Source: Balamuthia mandrillaris (Eukaryota). From it: a stretch of 64,000 nt of DNA. The stretch is taken from positions 1-64,000 of the forward strand of contig JAVKOQ020000008.1 in NCBI GenBank assembly GCA_031835245.2. Reading direction: 5' to 3'. Shown here one piece after another: positions 12,801-30,591 of this stretch (positions are counted from its first letter, which is position 1; each line of letters starts with the position of its first letter). A program made the position numbers and the translations under genes. Under the pieces are notes generated by a model. The model ran no database searches. It was given only the letters and a program-made list of their open reading frames with translations, and was not told where the DNA came from.

Positions 12801-14172
12801 CGAGTGGAGAAGAGTCAATACAAAGAGATATTGCCCGTCTCGCTCAAGCCGCTTTGATGCGTCTTGGTCGTGTCAAGTCCAACGGCCAAAGAAAGTTTGC
12901 TCCATCAGAGCCCGAGTTTTTGGCCATTCAAGTAGCAGAGCAGCTGAGGCTAACTGTGAATCTGATGGACGGAAAACAGTTGGAGGTACCTATTGACATG
13001 GCGGCTACAGTTGCAGAGGTCATTCAGCAAATTGGCATCATGTTGAAAGTGCAACAGCCGTTCTCTCAAGAATGGCGTTTGTTGGCTTACTATGGCCACG
13101 TGCTGGGTGAGGACATCCGCTACTGTGGCGGAGGACAATTGTTGCATGCCTCTCACAACTTGGGCGACGTGCTTGCTATGGAGGACCAAAAGAGGGGTCC
13201 AGTGACTGGTTCCAGGGGCAAGCGCTTCCAATTTGTCTTTTTGAAGGCTCTTTGGCTGAAGAGTGAGGTTGAAAAGGATGAGGAGGCGGATGACCCTGCC
13301 ATCAGGCACCTCCTTGCCGCGCAACTGCTGCAAAACACGTTGCTGGGCAAATACCCCGTTACGCAGGAACAAGCCGTCCAACTGGCTGCTCTCAAGTACC
13401 GGCTTGACCTCCCCAACGACGACAAGAATGCCAGATGGAATGAAGGACCTTTCTCTGTGTAAGTATCTAACTAACTTGCACTTTTTAGTGTTTCTCACCT
13501 GTTGTTCTCGTGTCCGTACACAGTAACGTGATGGATTACATTGCGAAGACTCAACAATCCACCTTAAATAAGAAGCAGTGGCAACCATTGGTGGAAAAGG
13601 AAGTGGATGCAGTGATCAGCAAAAACCCCAGCGATGCTGATGTGGAACAACAAGTAATGGACATTCTCGGTAACGTTTCCTGGGCAAAGACCAGCGTTTT
13701 CCTTGTCAAGGTATAATAATAATCACTTCTCTCGATTGGATGATACTGACTAACTCTACCACCATTTATCCTCCAGAGAAAAGAATCGCCCAGTAATGTA
13801 GCGCTGGCCGTCCATCACAAAGGCATTAACGTCATAGATCCTTCATCAGGGGAAGAGCTAGATGGTTACATCTTCAGCAGAGTCTCCAATTGGTCAGCTC
13901 CTTCTAAGAACACATTCAGTATATTGGCAGGAAGCTTGCTCAACCCTGTTCGTTTCGCTTTCTCCACAAAAGAGGTACTGTGTATTTGTGTGTTGCGTGA
14001 TTTCTGTCCTTGTCTCGTATTTCTTTGAGCACAGGCACCTAACAACGGCTTTTAACTCATTAAACAGGCAAACCTTATCAAAGATACATATCAAGTCTAC
14101 TATGAAAACGCCAATGTTACTGAAAAGAAGCGAGCTAACAAAAAGACAGAGAGAAGACCCTTTTTGTTTTGA
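5423..14172 (+). CDS. Unconventional myosin, MyTH4-FERM class (myosin VII-like): motor, IQ motifs, short SAH, MyTH4-FERM, SH3, MyTH4-FERM; ~20 introns
   Basis: P-loop [42 protein letters not shown]; two RDEIYCQ MyTH4 motifs; SH3 ALYDY...GW...GKFP; GT-AG introns join the frames; TGA at 14170-14172. Confidence 0.93.
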
Positions 14173-14276
14173 GTGGCCAAGGTTAACCACCACATGACAA
14201 CTGCGTTTCGTTAATACATTTCAAATCCTTTTTTTTTTCGAGTTTGCAAAGAGGCCAACGTGGCTTTTTCTTATTG

Positions 14277-17200
14277 TTAAGAAGCAAGGAGAGGAGAAAC
14301 AAGTCGGTTTTGCTTTTTATCAAGTACTGCATCAGTTTCTTCCTTTGGCCCAACGCCATCCAGCTGCATTTGTGCTCTGATTTGCTCACCAAGCTTCTTT
14401 GAGGTGTTGGGACAGCTCAACAAGAACTGGTCATAAACACCGCTCTTGCCCAACCTCAGCCGGTCATTTGAATCAAGCTCCACAAACACTTCCCATACCT
14501 TTCTGAGTGCCCGTCCATCACGACAGGATGCTATCAATGACATGACGCCTTTTGGGCCTAGCAGGATTCTCTTGTCTAGTCCCGTTGTGCCACTGGCTGC
14601 CTTGCGTGCAGTCAAGTTCTGTGTTTGCAGTTCTTTGAAAAGATTTAACATGGCGTCAAATTGGCCGTGTTGATTAAAGCCGTGCATCAATAGGTCATGA
14701 GTTCTGGTCGTTGGCTCAATGCCATTATTTATCATGGTGCTGTAAAGTCTTGTTGCCTCTTTTAAGTTCCCGTTTTCGACGTGCCCTGAACCATTGTGTG
14801 ACATCAGTGCGAATGCATGAAAAAGTAAACCAACATATACAAAAAAAACCAGATACCTTGCAGAAGTAAGTTATAGGTTTCGGGAGTGGTACCGCCGATA
14901 GAGCGACGAATCTTCTCTGCGATTTGCGCAGCTATTTGCATATCAGGACGAGGTTGTCGGATGCATAGTTGTAGAACACCGTTCCACACACGCACAGGCG
15001 GCACGATGTCTGCTTCCTCAAAGTGTGCAATCATCCGCAGAGCAGCATCCCAATCGTTCGTCCTGATATAGCCATAAAGCATGGCTGCCGCCCAAGCACC
15101 AAAGTTTGCCACCTCCTGTAATGGCGTTATAAGTTGTGATAAGTTGTGGCGGAACATGAGTGCACACTTTGAGGAAGCAGACATCGCAAAGGAATTACTT
15201 ACCTTTTCTTGAAGGTTCCTCAAGTAGGCAGCTGATGAGGAGCCAGAGGCGGGTGAAGAAGTGACTCCCTTGCTGTGCGTTGCCAATTCGGCCACAACTA
15301 CGTGTGGTGCTCGTCTTTCTTTCAGCATACCCATTCGTTTGGTCTTCGAGGTCAAGAAGTGGCCTTCTAATTCTTGTAAGAGCTCTTTGATCACCGCTTT
15401 GCCGTTTGCTCTCTGCTCCCATCCTGACATAAGCAGACGATAAGTCTGAGGAAATGGAACGAAGCCTAGCTCTTTCATATCTTTAAGCGTAGACATGGCT
15501 TCTTCCAACCGTTCAGCTCTAACGAAAGCACGCAACAAAGTGTTGGCTGTATCTTCCGTGGGTTTCAGTCCTATTATTTGATAGTTTTGTAACTGAAGTA
15601 AGTACAAACAGGAAGCCAATCGCTGAAAAATGAATGAGAGAGAGAGAGAGAGAGAGAGGGAAAGATAGAGAAAGACCAGATGACTTGATAGCTTGCAACA
15701 CTTGCAAAGCTTCAGAAATGCGGCCAAACATGGCATGTGACTTGATGAGCCGGTTAAGCACCCATACCTTGTCAGCAGGGCGTAAATGGGGGCTGTGCTC
15801 GCTTCTCAGCAACTGATCATAGTAATGTTGAGCCTTTGAGGTCTCTCCACGGAAACAGAACATATCGATAACGGACTTATAGGCAGGAAGACTTAACCGC
15901 ATGTTCTCGTCTGTTTTTCTTAATTGTTCCATTTCTTCTAACAACTGCACAACGTGGGCCGCGTAAAGGTCAGCCTTTGCTCGAATTTCGCCTTTTACGC
16001 CTCTGTTCTCTCGTTGTTCATCTCCTTCGTCATCTCCTTCAAAGTCTTCATTCTCTCCTTCGTCATCTTCTTCCGCGTCTATCCCAGAAGTGGAAGAGGT
16101 CAACTGCAAAATATTGTTCTGTTCCATGTTTCTGATCTTCGGAGTGCCAACATAGGTCCAGTAATAGAGAGAGTCACCAGGACGATCCTGTCGCTCCAAT
16201 GCTAAAATGTGCCGACAGTAGGTTTGGATGAGAGAAGAGTAAGCAGCTTTGGTGGGGTCATATCCTTGTTGCTTTGTTTCGTGAAAGTACTGTAATGCGC
16301 CTGCAAGATCTCCAGCGTGGCCATGGGCTTCTACCATTTTGGCATAGATTTGTCTGGTCAGAGGGACTTGTTTTTTCTTCATCTGTTTAAACAATCCTTT
16401 TACTTTTTCTAATCCGCCTATTTTACTGTAAACTTCCAACGCTAAAAGCAAAAGAAATAAGATTGGAGAAAAAAAACAAACGACCTAAATGTGTAACGAA
16501 AAAAACGTACCCATACTATAGGTTCTAGCACGATCGCCAGCGTATGATCGACGCTGTAAGTTCCTGTTGTGAGAGAGAGAGAGAGAGAGAGAGAGTAAGA
16601 CCCAGCGTAAACAACGGAATTTAAAAAGAGGAGAGAAGAGCATAACCAATTCCTAGATTCTTCTTCCTCTTTCCTTTGTAACTCTTCAAAGAGTTGCGTG
16701 AATTGAGGCCATGCCTCTACATGCAAAAACAGGGTAAGTGCTTGGTTGTATAAGTTTCGATCCAGCTCTACGCCAAATTCTTTGCTGTCATTCCTAAGAA
16801 TGGAGAGTAGCTGCTCTATTATCTTCTCATTGTAAGCGCGTCGATCGTCTTTCTTTCGCTCTACAACGCCATCGTTTGTTCTTGGCAAGGCCAGTGTCGC
16901 CGTTGGCTGTGCATATTGTTGTTTTTAAAAAGCATAAGAAAAGAGAGGCGGAGAATCAAACAAAACAGGCTCAACAACAGAAACATACCAAAAGGAAAGA
17001 AGGGGCCATAAGAGCATCGCCATGACGACCTCTTGGCACTTCTATTTGAGAGAGCAATGCCAGAACAACGGTATCCAACGTTCTCGTGTTAATCAACTGC
17101 CGCTTCTCCTCAACATCTTTGCTATCAGCTTTTCTGTGTTCGGCCTTCAGGCGTTCGTAGAGAGCGAGAGCGCGTTGATGATCACCCGCCCGACAACAAC

Positions 17201-18221
17201 AGTACAGCAGAGCGTTTAGAGCCGGCGACAGACTCGCCAACAGTGGAGCACCTTGTTTGTTGTTTGAAGGGTGAAGCAAATCTTTGCGGCGCTGCTCAAA
17301 CACGTCGTAGAGTTGATAGGCGCGTTGCAACAAAGTGCGTCTGGTCTCAGGGCTTTGGCGGCGCGGGTCCATGCAACGCCCGATCCCGTTCAGCAGCTGC
17401 AGAGCTGCCGCCTGGTCGCTCCACGTCCACCGCTCCCCGTTTATGTGCTCTATGAGAGCGGTCACTCGAAGGTAGAGTGCCTCCCTCATGCTCTGTTCTC
17501 TCTTCTCCGCTTCGTGTCTTGCTTCGCCGCCTGAGGAGGAGGAGGGAGAGGAGGGAGCAGAGAGTTTGGGCATCAAGCTGAAGCCAGCAAGCAGCTGCAC
17601 AAGTTGGAACGGTTTCACCTCAACCACGTGGTTCTCGAGAGCTTCCAATCGCCGCAGGGGGTTATTCCAGTCCTCAGCGTCTTGAATGTTGGCCATGGAC
17701 ATGGCCATTGTCTCCCAGTCGACCATGTGCTCGAACAAGCTGTCTTCTCTGGATGTGTTCTCTGCCCTGGCCAGGTCCGCTCTCTCCCTTACGTCCTCCT
17801 CCTCATCGGCGGCCTGCCGCAACAACCTCTCGTCGCTGAAATCGATCCACCGCCCGTTTTCCTGCTGTTCTTTCCCTTCATGTTGGGGCTCATGAGGCTG
17901 AGCTCTTTGTGAGGGAGATTTGGTGTGCAAGTGCCGCTTTTTGTTGGTCGGCAACAAAAGCAGCGGAGAAGAGGGATGAAAAATCGTGGCATCCGTCGAT
18001 GAGAAGTTCGAGGGCGCTGCTTCTTCTTTTCGTGTTGCTGGCGAGAATGAAAGTCGCAGGAAAAAGCGGCGGCGGCAGAAGAGAAGGGTAGATTTGATGA
18101 CGCAAGAGTAGGGAAGGCTTCGAAGGAAAAGGGTTTTGGGAGCGAGAACGTGAGACGGCGTCGACGGGTTGAGCCGCGGCAAAGCGTAAGGCGTTCTCCT
18201 GCCTCCTCCGCGCAGCAACAT
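14277..18221 (-). CDS. Pentatricopeptide repeat (PPR) protein, probably mitochondrial; multi-exon
   Basis: Repeated ~35-aa PPR units (LNALLYCCCRAGDHQRALALYERLK, YAKMVEAHGHAGDLAGALQYFHETK, ANTLLRAFVRAERLEEAMSTLKDMKELG, HDLLMHGFNQHGQFDAMLNLFKEL); Arg-rich, acid-free N-terminus. Confidence 0.88.
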
Positions 18222-18414
18222 TTTCTTTTCTTTTCTTTTTATTCCTTTCGTTTCTCAGGTGCACAACTGGTGCTCTAATTGTGATGTAATTAAGCACCAT
18301 TACAGCAGCATTTCTTCTCTTCCACGGGCAATAATTTTAAATAATCTTAAATAATCCGAAAAAATAGTAAATAATTGAAAAATTGACAAAATAACAAAAA
18401 AATCAATCGATTTT

Positions 18415-23317
<4,903 letters not shown>

Positions 23318-23568
23318 CTCGTTTGTCCGACGTTTGCAGAGGCGCCAGAACACACACGGGTATCGTTGTCTTCTTTGTCCCGCTTGCACAGCACAAAAGA
23401 AAGCTACCAATTCTCTGCGTTTCATTAATTAGTGGCCTAATTATAAAGTAAAAGGAGATGTAGTGTGGTAATTAACAAATTATTGATTAATTATTTCCTT
23501 AAATAGATTATCACCATGGCAACGTGTCCATCTTTGTACAAAGAGAGAAGAGGAAGGAGAGAAGAAAG

Positions 23569-25286
23569 TCAGGAAGGTCGTTTGAAGTTGATGAGAGAAG
23601 AATGGATGGTGGCTTTGCCGCTTCTGGAAAACGCAGACCGAGGGCTGATCGAAATGACCCCCTTGTTTCGGTCAGGGCTGCACTGGGTAGGACCCGAGTT
23701 GATCAACCAGGAGCTGCGTTTGTCCTTGATGGCGCGGGGGGAAATGGCCAGCCGGGAGGGAGTCTCCTTCAAGCTGTTGAGGTTGTTGTAGGAGCTGGCT
23801 CTGGCCAATTTTTCCAGGCTGAGCCGAGGCACTCCCTCGGGGCGGGAGCTCTTCCCTCCTCGAGCGGTCCGTGGAGCAAAGGAGATACCCGTTGTGGAGG
23901 TGGGCCGGCTGGCAGCAGCACTTCTGTTGGTCGTGGCGGTTGGTGAACTGTGCGTGGAGTCTAGTGTTGGGGTTGTGTTGGCGGAGTTTGTGGTGTTGGT
24001 GTCTGTGTCGGTGTCGTCGTCGGTATCACTGACAGTGGTGCTGCTGCTGCAAAATCCTTCTGTAGGGAAAGAAGTGGAGTCCGCGTAGGTTTGTGGCATG
24101 TGGCTTGAGTTGAGAAGAGCCGCTCCTTCACCGTTATTGGCATTGATGTTGGTGGCAACTTCTTCTGGTCGAGGATGAGGGTATTCTTCTCCTTGTCTCC
24201 GAATGGTTGCTATCCGTGAAGATGATGATGTGGAAGATGATGAGAGCGATGATGTCCCTATTACCTTATTGTATTTTTCAATGTCTCCTTTTAACATTGT
24301 CATCGGGGAAGGTGCGGGACACTGTAATAGGAGAGAAAGAAAGGGAACAGAGTGCATTAGTAGAAAATAAAGACAAAGAAGAAAAGCAGAATCCGTACGC
24401 GTGGCTCAAGAAAGGCGGCTGACCGGTCGGGTGATTCTTCAGGGGACAGGTTAGCTTGGTCATTGAGCAACAGCAGCTCGTCCTCCTCGTTGTTTTCAGC
24501 CTGGAGTCGCAGGTTTTCCAACGTCTCCACGATCTCTCGCGGGGGAGAACGGATAGAGTTTATTGGGCTGGAGCCACCGAGAATGGTCTGCAGTCTCTTC
24601 TTTCCTACCGGCTTCTTCATGCCGGTCGTGTGTTCCAAGTCCACCAAAGCCAAGCCGGTAGACTCTTTCAAGGGTTCTGATGCAGTGGAGACAGCAGGTA
24701 GTGACGGCCATGTCTTGTTCTTTTCACCCAGGGGTTGTAGCACAAGCATCGTTGGAGTGGCGCTACGAACATAAGAGGAGGAATTGTTGGAGTTGTTGGA
24801 AGAAGAGGAGGCACCATCGCCATCGGTTGACCCTTTGTTAGAAGGGCTCCCGTCTGCACAAGAGAGGGTGGCTCGCCGCCGCCGCTCAGCAACCAGCACG
24901 TCCAGGCTCTCCGCAGAGGACAGCCGCTTGCGCGCGTCCCAAAGGAAGTTTACTTCCAGCCCTCCAATCTCCCTCGCAACTGGCCTCTCCAGAAGGATTT
25001 CATCGGTGGGTGAGGGGCTTTGTAACACTACTTCAACTTCTTTGTCCTTGGTCGGCTCTGCCTCTGGCGTGGCGGAAGGCCCTCGGCTGCCTGTCCGTGT
25101 AGGGGTGGTTGAGGCAGAGGAAAGGGGGCTGGGACCTCGCAGCGGGCAAAAGATGGGTTGGAACACATACTGCTCTGACTGAGGGATCAGCTGGAATTTG
25201 AGCTCCCTCTGTTCTTCTGAGGTGAGGTAAGGCAGATCCAGCACCGTAACAGGGGACTTGACTGCTTCGCTTCGCATGGATAGCAT
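23569..25286 (-). CDS. Hypothetical Ser/Thr/Pro-rich low-complexity protein, two coding exons
   Basis: ORFs 24357-25286 and 23569-24357 joined by a GT-AG intron (~24324-24397); probable 5'UTR intron upstream; no recognisable domain. Confidence 0.6.
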
Positions 25287-26469
25287 CTAGGAGAGTCATT
25301 TTGGTCCAGAGGTGGGGAAAGAGTCAGAAATAAAAGGAAGACAAAAGGAAAGAAACTTCTGAAGCTGCACGTTAAAAAAAAAAGATGCATCGAAAAAATT
25401 AAAAAAAAAAGAGAGGAAAGCAAGGAACACCATACCCTTCAAGAAATCACTCCACCTTACAAAAGGAAGCGTACCACAAAAAAAAAAAAAAAAGTAAAGC
25501 CCGCTTCCCGCTCTTTTATATTTTTCTTCGTTACCCACACTGTGTGGACTCTCCTTTACTTTGTAACGAAACCAAAAGAAAAAAAAACTTTACCAACCAC
25601 CTCTCTACCCTTTTTTCCTCTCTGTGGTTGTGTGTGTTGCGTTCCGCTGCAGTTTTTTTTATGGTTGTCCCGCAGGACAGATAGGAGGAAAAAGTGGTGG
25701 TTGTCTAGGAGAAAACTAACCTTTTTTTGAGCAAGCCAATTTAAGGAGAAATTAACCTTCGGGCAAAATTAAAGGTCCCGTATCCGGACACTTCCTCCGG
25801 GCCACCAATCCAAAATCAAAACCGCCCTAATTTTCTTAATAAGAAAAAAAGGGGAAGAGGAAGGATGCTTCGAATTGGAATAAAGGGAGATTGGTAGCGG
25901 CTGCTTCCGATAACGAACGGCCTAATGCCTTTGGCTGGTTCGGATAATACCGCGCGGTGCGTTATTCAAATTGGCTGCAATTACGACCCACTGTTCGAAC
26001 TCTGTTTTTGTGGGTCAACGGTCTGTTAGGAGGAGGCCCTTTACGTGGAAGTGAGAGGCGCCAGTGAACAGTGGTTGAGAAAAAAGAAACACACAATAGA
26101 ACCCTGGCGCTACAAGAGGTCCGGTTTGTTTCCCTGCCTTCCGTCTGTGCGCGTTGTTGTTGTGTTTCTCGCGTTCTCCTTTCAGCGGCAATGGGATGGT
26201 TTTTAAAATCGGTTATGACTTAAAAAGGGGTAAACAGCAACGAAAGACTGGGTAGCGAGGAAATCGAGAGCACGCGTTTCTTCTTGTTTGTGTTTTCTGA
26301 AAGTCGAGTGCTCCCTTTTCTTGTAACGCTCGGCGCGTTTCCGTTTGCTGGGTTTGAAATCCTCTTACCGCCGTGAAACAATCTATTATGATCAATCGAG
26401 AGGTATTAGGTCAACAGGGATTCATGTCGTCATGAATGTACTGGCAGAACAAAAAAAAAATAAGGCAAG

Positions 26470-27821
26470 ATGAACGCGACGCGAGTACTAAGCTCCTCTT
26501 CCGCCGCCGGCAAAACCGGCGTGGTGCCAAACGGTGGTCACTTTGCTAGACGGCCTGTCTACTACTCATGTTCCTTGTCTTCATGGTTTCGCCTCCCGGA
26601 GCAAGGCATGTCCACCCACGAAGTGCTCTCACGAGCTTCCTGCTTTCGGACTCCATGGCGAAAGAGACTGTCCCGGCCTTCTTCTTCTTCCTCCTCTTCC
26701 TCTTCATTGCTGCCCAAACACCATATTATAGGGTCCGCTCATGTTACTCATCCTTTTCTCTGGCCCAAATATTATCCACAAGAGTGGCTTCGTTTCGTCC
26801 AAGAAGAACATACTCTCTACAAACTTGAGTTTCGAGAGGTATGTACCTTCTCGTTCTCGTTTCGCTTCTTGTTCTTCTTGTTCTTCTTCTTCTTCTTGTT
26901 CTTCTTCTTCTTCTTCTTCTTCTTCTTCTTCTTCTTCTTCTTCTTGTCCTTCGTTCTTCGTTCTTCTTCTTCTTTGTTTTAATGTAACCTTTCTTTTTCG
27001 CGTTCGCTACTGCTGAAACGAAAAGTTAGAAACAGGCAGAGTGCTGTTGGAATGCCCACTGAAACGGAAAGCCTATCGGCACCCAACGGCAGACCTGGTT
27101 GTGCTACACTTGGAGGATGAGGCGGCAACTGAACGTGATTTGCACAGAGTTGGCATTGACTTTGTTTCTGTTCCACTCACCCTCTCAGACCTGGAAAAGG
27201 ACCAAGTTTGTATTTATCCTTCTTCTGTTCTTCTTTTCTTCCTTCTTACCTTTTTTATTTCGTCTTGCTTTACTTCCGAACATCGCGTAAGAGCAGCAAC
27301 TAAGCTTTGACGGGCATTGGGTCAACTACAACCTCATTGAAACCTCGGCGCCAACATTGGAGCAGCAGCAACAAGAACAGCAAGTGCCTCACATTGCGTT
27401 TGGCCATCATCGCTTCCACATGGGAGAGAAAGGCTTCGCGAGGACCGAAAGAGAAGCGCTCCCGATGGGCATGTGCGGCGGCCCTGTTCTTAACTCTCGT
27501 TTGGAATGTGTTGGAGTGGTGGAGGGCGTCGTCAATCCGCCTCCCCCACTTGCGCGTGCGACGACTCGTGCTGGTCTGTTTTTAGGAGAGGAAGGAGGAA
27601 GCAGCGAAGAGAAAGAGGAGTTGTGGCGAATGTTGAATGACATCCAGGGAAACGCCGTTTACCTAACTTCCTCGCTTGTTGCGGAGTTTTTGGAGCGAGT
27701 GGAAGAGGAGTACGTGGCAACGATGACAAGCAACAAACAAGCAGAAGAAGTAACGGCGGAGGAGAAAGAGCGCAAAGCGAAAGAAAGAGCTGCTGCTGCT
27801 TGGAAGGACTTGATTCTTTGA
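26470..27821 (+). CDS. Trypsin/chymotrypsin-fold peptidase with Cys at the nucleophile position; possible mitochondrial presequence; 3 exons
   Basis: IIGSAHV (His), HPTADLVVL (Asp), GMCGGPVLN...CVGVVEG (GxSGGP-type motif with Cys). Confidence 0.7.
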
Positions 27822-27833
27822 AACAATTTCTCT

Positions 27834-27877
<44 letters not shown>

Positions 27878-27917
27878 TCCCTCTCAACGGATATTAGACA
27901 AATGTTACAAAGGAGGT

Positions 27918-28755
27918 TTAGTCGTCTAAAATACTCAAGATATCTCCAGCGACAGATAAACCAGCTACCGCGACATGACCCACTGCAGAGAGACCCGACC
28001 CAACTGATTTCCCCACTCCTTTCAACTTTATGCTGCAAAGACGGAATGAGAAGAAGAGTGAGAACAAAGAAGGAACAATGAAGTACGAGAGGAAGAACAA
28101 GAAGAGAAGTAGAACAAGAAGAAGAAGAGAACCCTGAGGAAGAACCGCGGGAGCGAGATTTGTGGTGAGAGCCAGAGAAACTGGGAGATGAATGTGGAGA
28201 ATAGCTGACACTTTGTGGCTGTTGTTGGTTATAGTGATAGGTCTCCTCCGCGGAACGGTTCGAGGAAAGGGTTTCATCTTGCGGGTCTCGTCCCCAGCCC
28301 GTTGGGAGCAACCGGAGGTAGACCTCTCCATGAGGGACGCCCTCGAGGGGGTACCAGCCGCCGTGCTCTTGGCCTCTGATGAGGAAGTTGAGTGAGATCC
28401 ACGTCTTACCCAAGCGGTCGTTCGACCCTATCATGTCCCAATCGAAGACCTTCAATTTGAGGCGTTGCTGTTCCGGAGGGTAGGGGAGCGTGAAGAAAAA
28501 GCTTTCCTCCCACCTTGGATTGAGCTTTTTTTGTGTTGTTTGTGTGAATACAGAAAGAGAAGCAACGAAAACGATGAAAGAGACAAGAGAAACGAGACGA
28601 AAGAGAAGAGAGGGTTAGGTTACCGTTTTTTTGATGGTTTTTGTTTTGAACTTGGTTTTGCCTACGGAGAGGCAAGCATAAGGGTCGGAGAGGCCGTTAC
28701 TGTCGCCGGCGATGAGGTTCCGTGCCTCCACTATAGTTACAACCAAATCTCCCAT
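27918..28755 (-). CDS. Small C2-domain protein (Ca2+/phospholipid-binding type)
   Basis: LVVTIVEARNLIAGDSNGLSDPY...KT|LNPRWEESF...LKLKVFDWDMIGSNDRLG with the acidic Ca2+ ligands; Gly/hydrophobic C-terminal tail. Confidence 0.88.
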
Positions 28756-29325
28756 TGTTCTGCTTGTTGAGGAGGCGAAGCAAAGTGTCTGTTTGTACCT
28801 ACACTTCCGAACTACAAGCACACACAACCGAACAACACCTGGTTTTGTATTACAAAGAAGATCGGGGGCTGTTATGCAAACTTTTCCTTCTCTTCCCTCT
28901 TCACATAAAATTCTATGTAACGGTGCCGGTTCACCTCCAAGAGGGTTACCCGTTGTGCAGCGACTAGTTTGTTAAATGAAACTTAACAGGCCTTTTGGCT
29001 CGCCGTTCAACCGTGGCTGTCCGTTTTGGTGAGGACTGGGAGGGGCACAAGCCTCACAGAAGGCCGGGATCAATACAGATGTGCCACTTACCATCCTTCT
29101 TGGGTACGTATAGTGAGCAGAGGGAATGGACCTGTCATGTGAACGCTTGAGAGGTAATACCCTTCCTCCCATGTTGGATTCAGCTCTAAAAGTTAGAAAC
29201 TGGGAAGGGTACAACAAGGCTAGTGCAATGAAAAGAAAAAAAAAATGAAAAAAAGAACACCTGGTTTTGTTCTTTTAAGATAGTCAATGAAAAGGTATCT
29301 TAAGCAACTGGACCACAACAACTTA

Positions 29326-30143
29326 CTAGTCTTGATTCAGGTTAAAGGAGCACGTTAAAGTTGGCGTGGTGGAGATGAGAAGGTTGAAATAATAGTCCTT
29401 TCCGTTCTGAGTGGCTGGAAGACGAATCTGAAAACACCGAAATCGAAAGGAGGAATGAGCAACGGCCCCAAAAAAAGTAAAGTGGAAAGGCACGAAGAAC
29501 AATAATACCTTTTTGAGTTCGCAATAACGTCTCAGCAACGTTACCATTTCTCGTTCTACCTGCTTCAAATTCATTTTCTTGTAACCATTCTGTTCCGGTT
29601 GCTGCCTCATTGCTTCATAATTTTCTTCATCGTCTTCATGTTGTTCTTCTTGTTCTTGTTCTTGTTCTTCTTCTTCTTCTTCTTCTTCTTCTTCTTGTTC
29701 GTTTTCTTCTTCTTCTTCTTCTTCTTCTTCTTCTTCTTCGTCTGCTTGTTCGTGTTCGTCTTCGTACGAATTGTACAGTAATATAGCTTCGATAAAAGCC
29801 TGCTTCTCGCGCTTTCTTCTGAAACACATGTCCAATGCTTATTTAACGCAATAGCACCTAAGCGTTGCCACTGGATACATGTGTAACAAGTCCAAGTCCA
29901 AGTCTTCATCCTCCTTGAGATGTACCCAGGGAACATATTGGACAGCATAGTCCTTCCCATCCCATGGGTAGTGCTTGTTGTTCGCAAGCTTAAGGCATAG
30001 GTGACGGAAAGCAGCCAGCACATAGGCCTCCTTCTCGTCTCTGCCTCGCCCATAGCTAACTGTTAGTCCCTCTCTCTCATACAATAGCCATACAGGTAGG
30101 GCAGCGGCGTTTGGTGTAAACGTTCCACTAAGGGGTACTCCAT
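29326..30143 (-). CDS. Hypothetical protein with acidic tract; 3' end uncertain
   Basis: ATG at 30143 (MEYPLVERLHQTPLPYL); intron GTATGG...ACTAACAGTTAG restores frame into YGRGRDEKEAYV; further exons in ORFs 29839-30423 and 29326-29835. Confidence 0.5.
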
Positions 30144-30591
30144 TTCTGCCTAGCCTTGATTTCCAACGCCAAAAAGGGTTAGTTGAGCCAAGCGGCGTAA
30201 TAATCGCTCGTTCTTTTCGCTCCAGAAATTTTTGTTTTGAGCATAGATATTTTTGGCGGGAAATCAACCGGGTCGTCAGGGAAAATTGGTAGAGTCGAGC
30301 ATAGTCGACTTTTAAAAATTCGCAGAAATATTTGTTGTTGAAAAATCCAAATAATTTTCTTTTCTTGTTGCCGTTCAACCGCGAAGTTGTCGCGTCGACA
30401 AAAAGAAAGAAACAAAACGTCAAAAAAAAATTCGCGAGGTAGCATTGGGAGTATCACGATAACCAACCAAACCCCCCCACAAAGCGGTGAAGGTGTGGTG
30501 GGAGGCTTTTTTTTTTGCGAGTGTACTACCGAAAACGTAGCGAAAACAGTAGCGGTGGTAGTAGAAGAAGAAGCAGCTGGTGGTGGTAGCG

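Noticed and set aside
23430..23569. Joining the 23569-25286 ORF to the RasGEF as one gene
   Set aside because: Clean stop at 23569 followed by an AT-rich promoter-like tract; no convincing in-frame splice found
25905..25919. TTCCGATAACGAACG matching a conserved SSU rRNA word
   Set aside because: Only ~15 nt; flanks do not resemble rRNA
28940..28952. TAACCCT (minus) as a telomerase RNA template; also CCCTAAT near 47020
   Set aside because: Too short or mismatched for a ~1.5-repeat template, and no supporting structure identified
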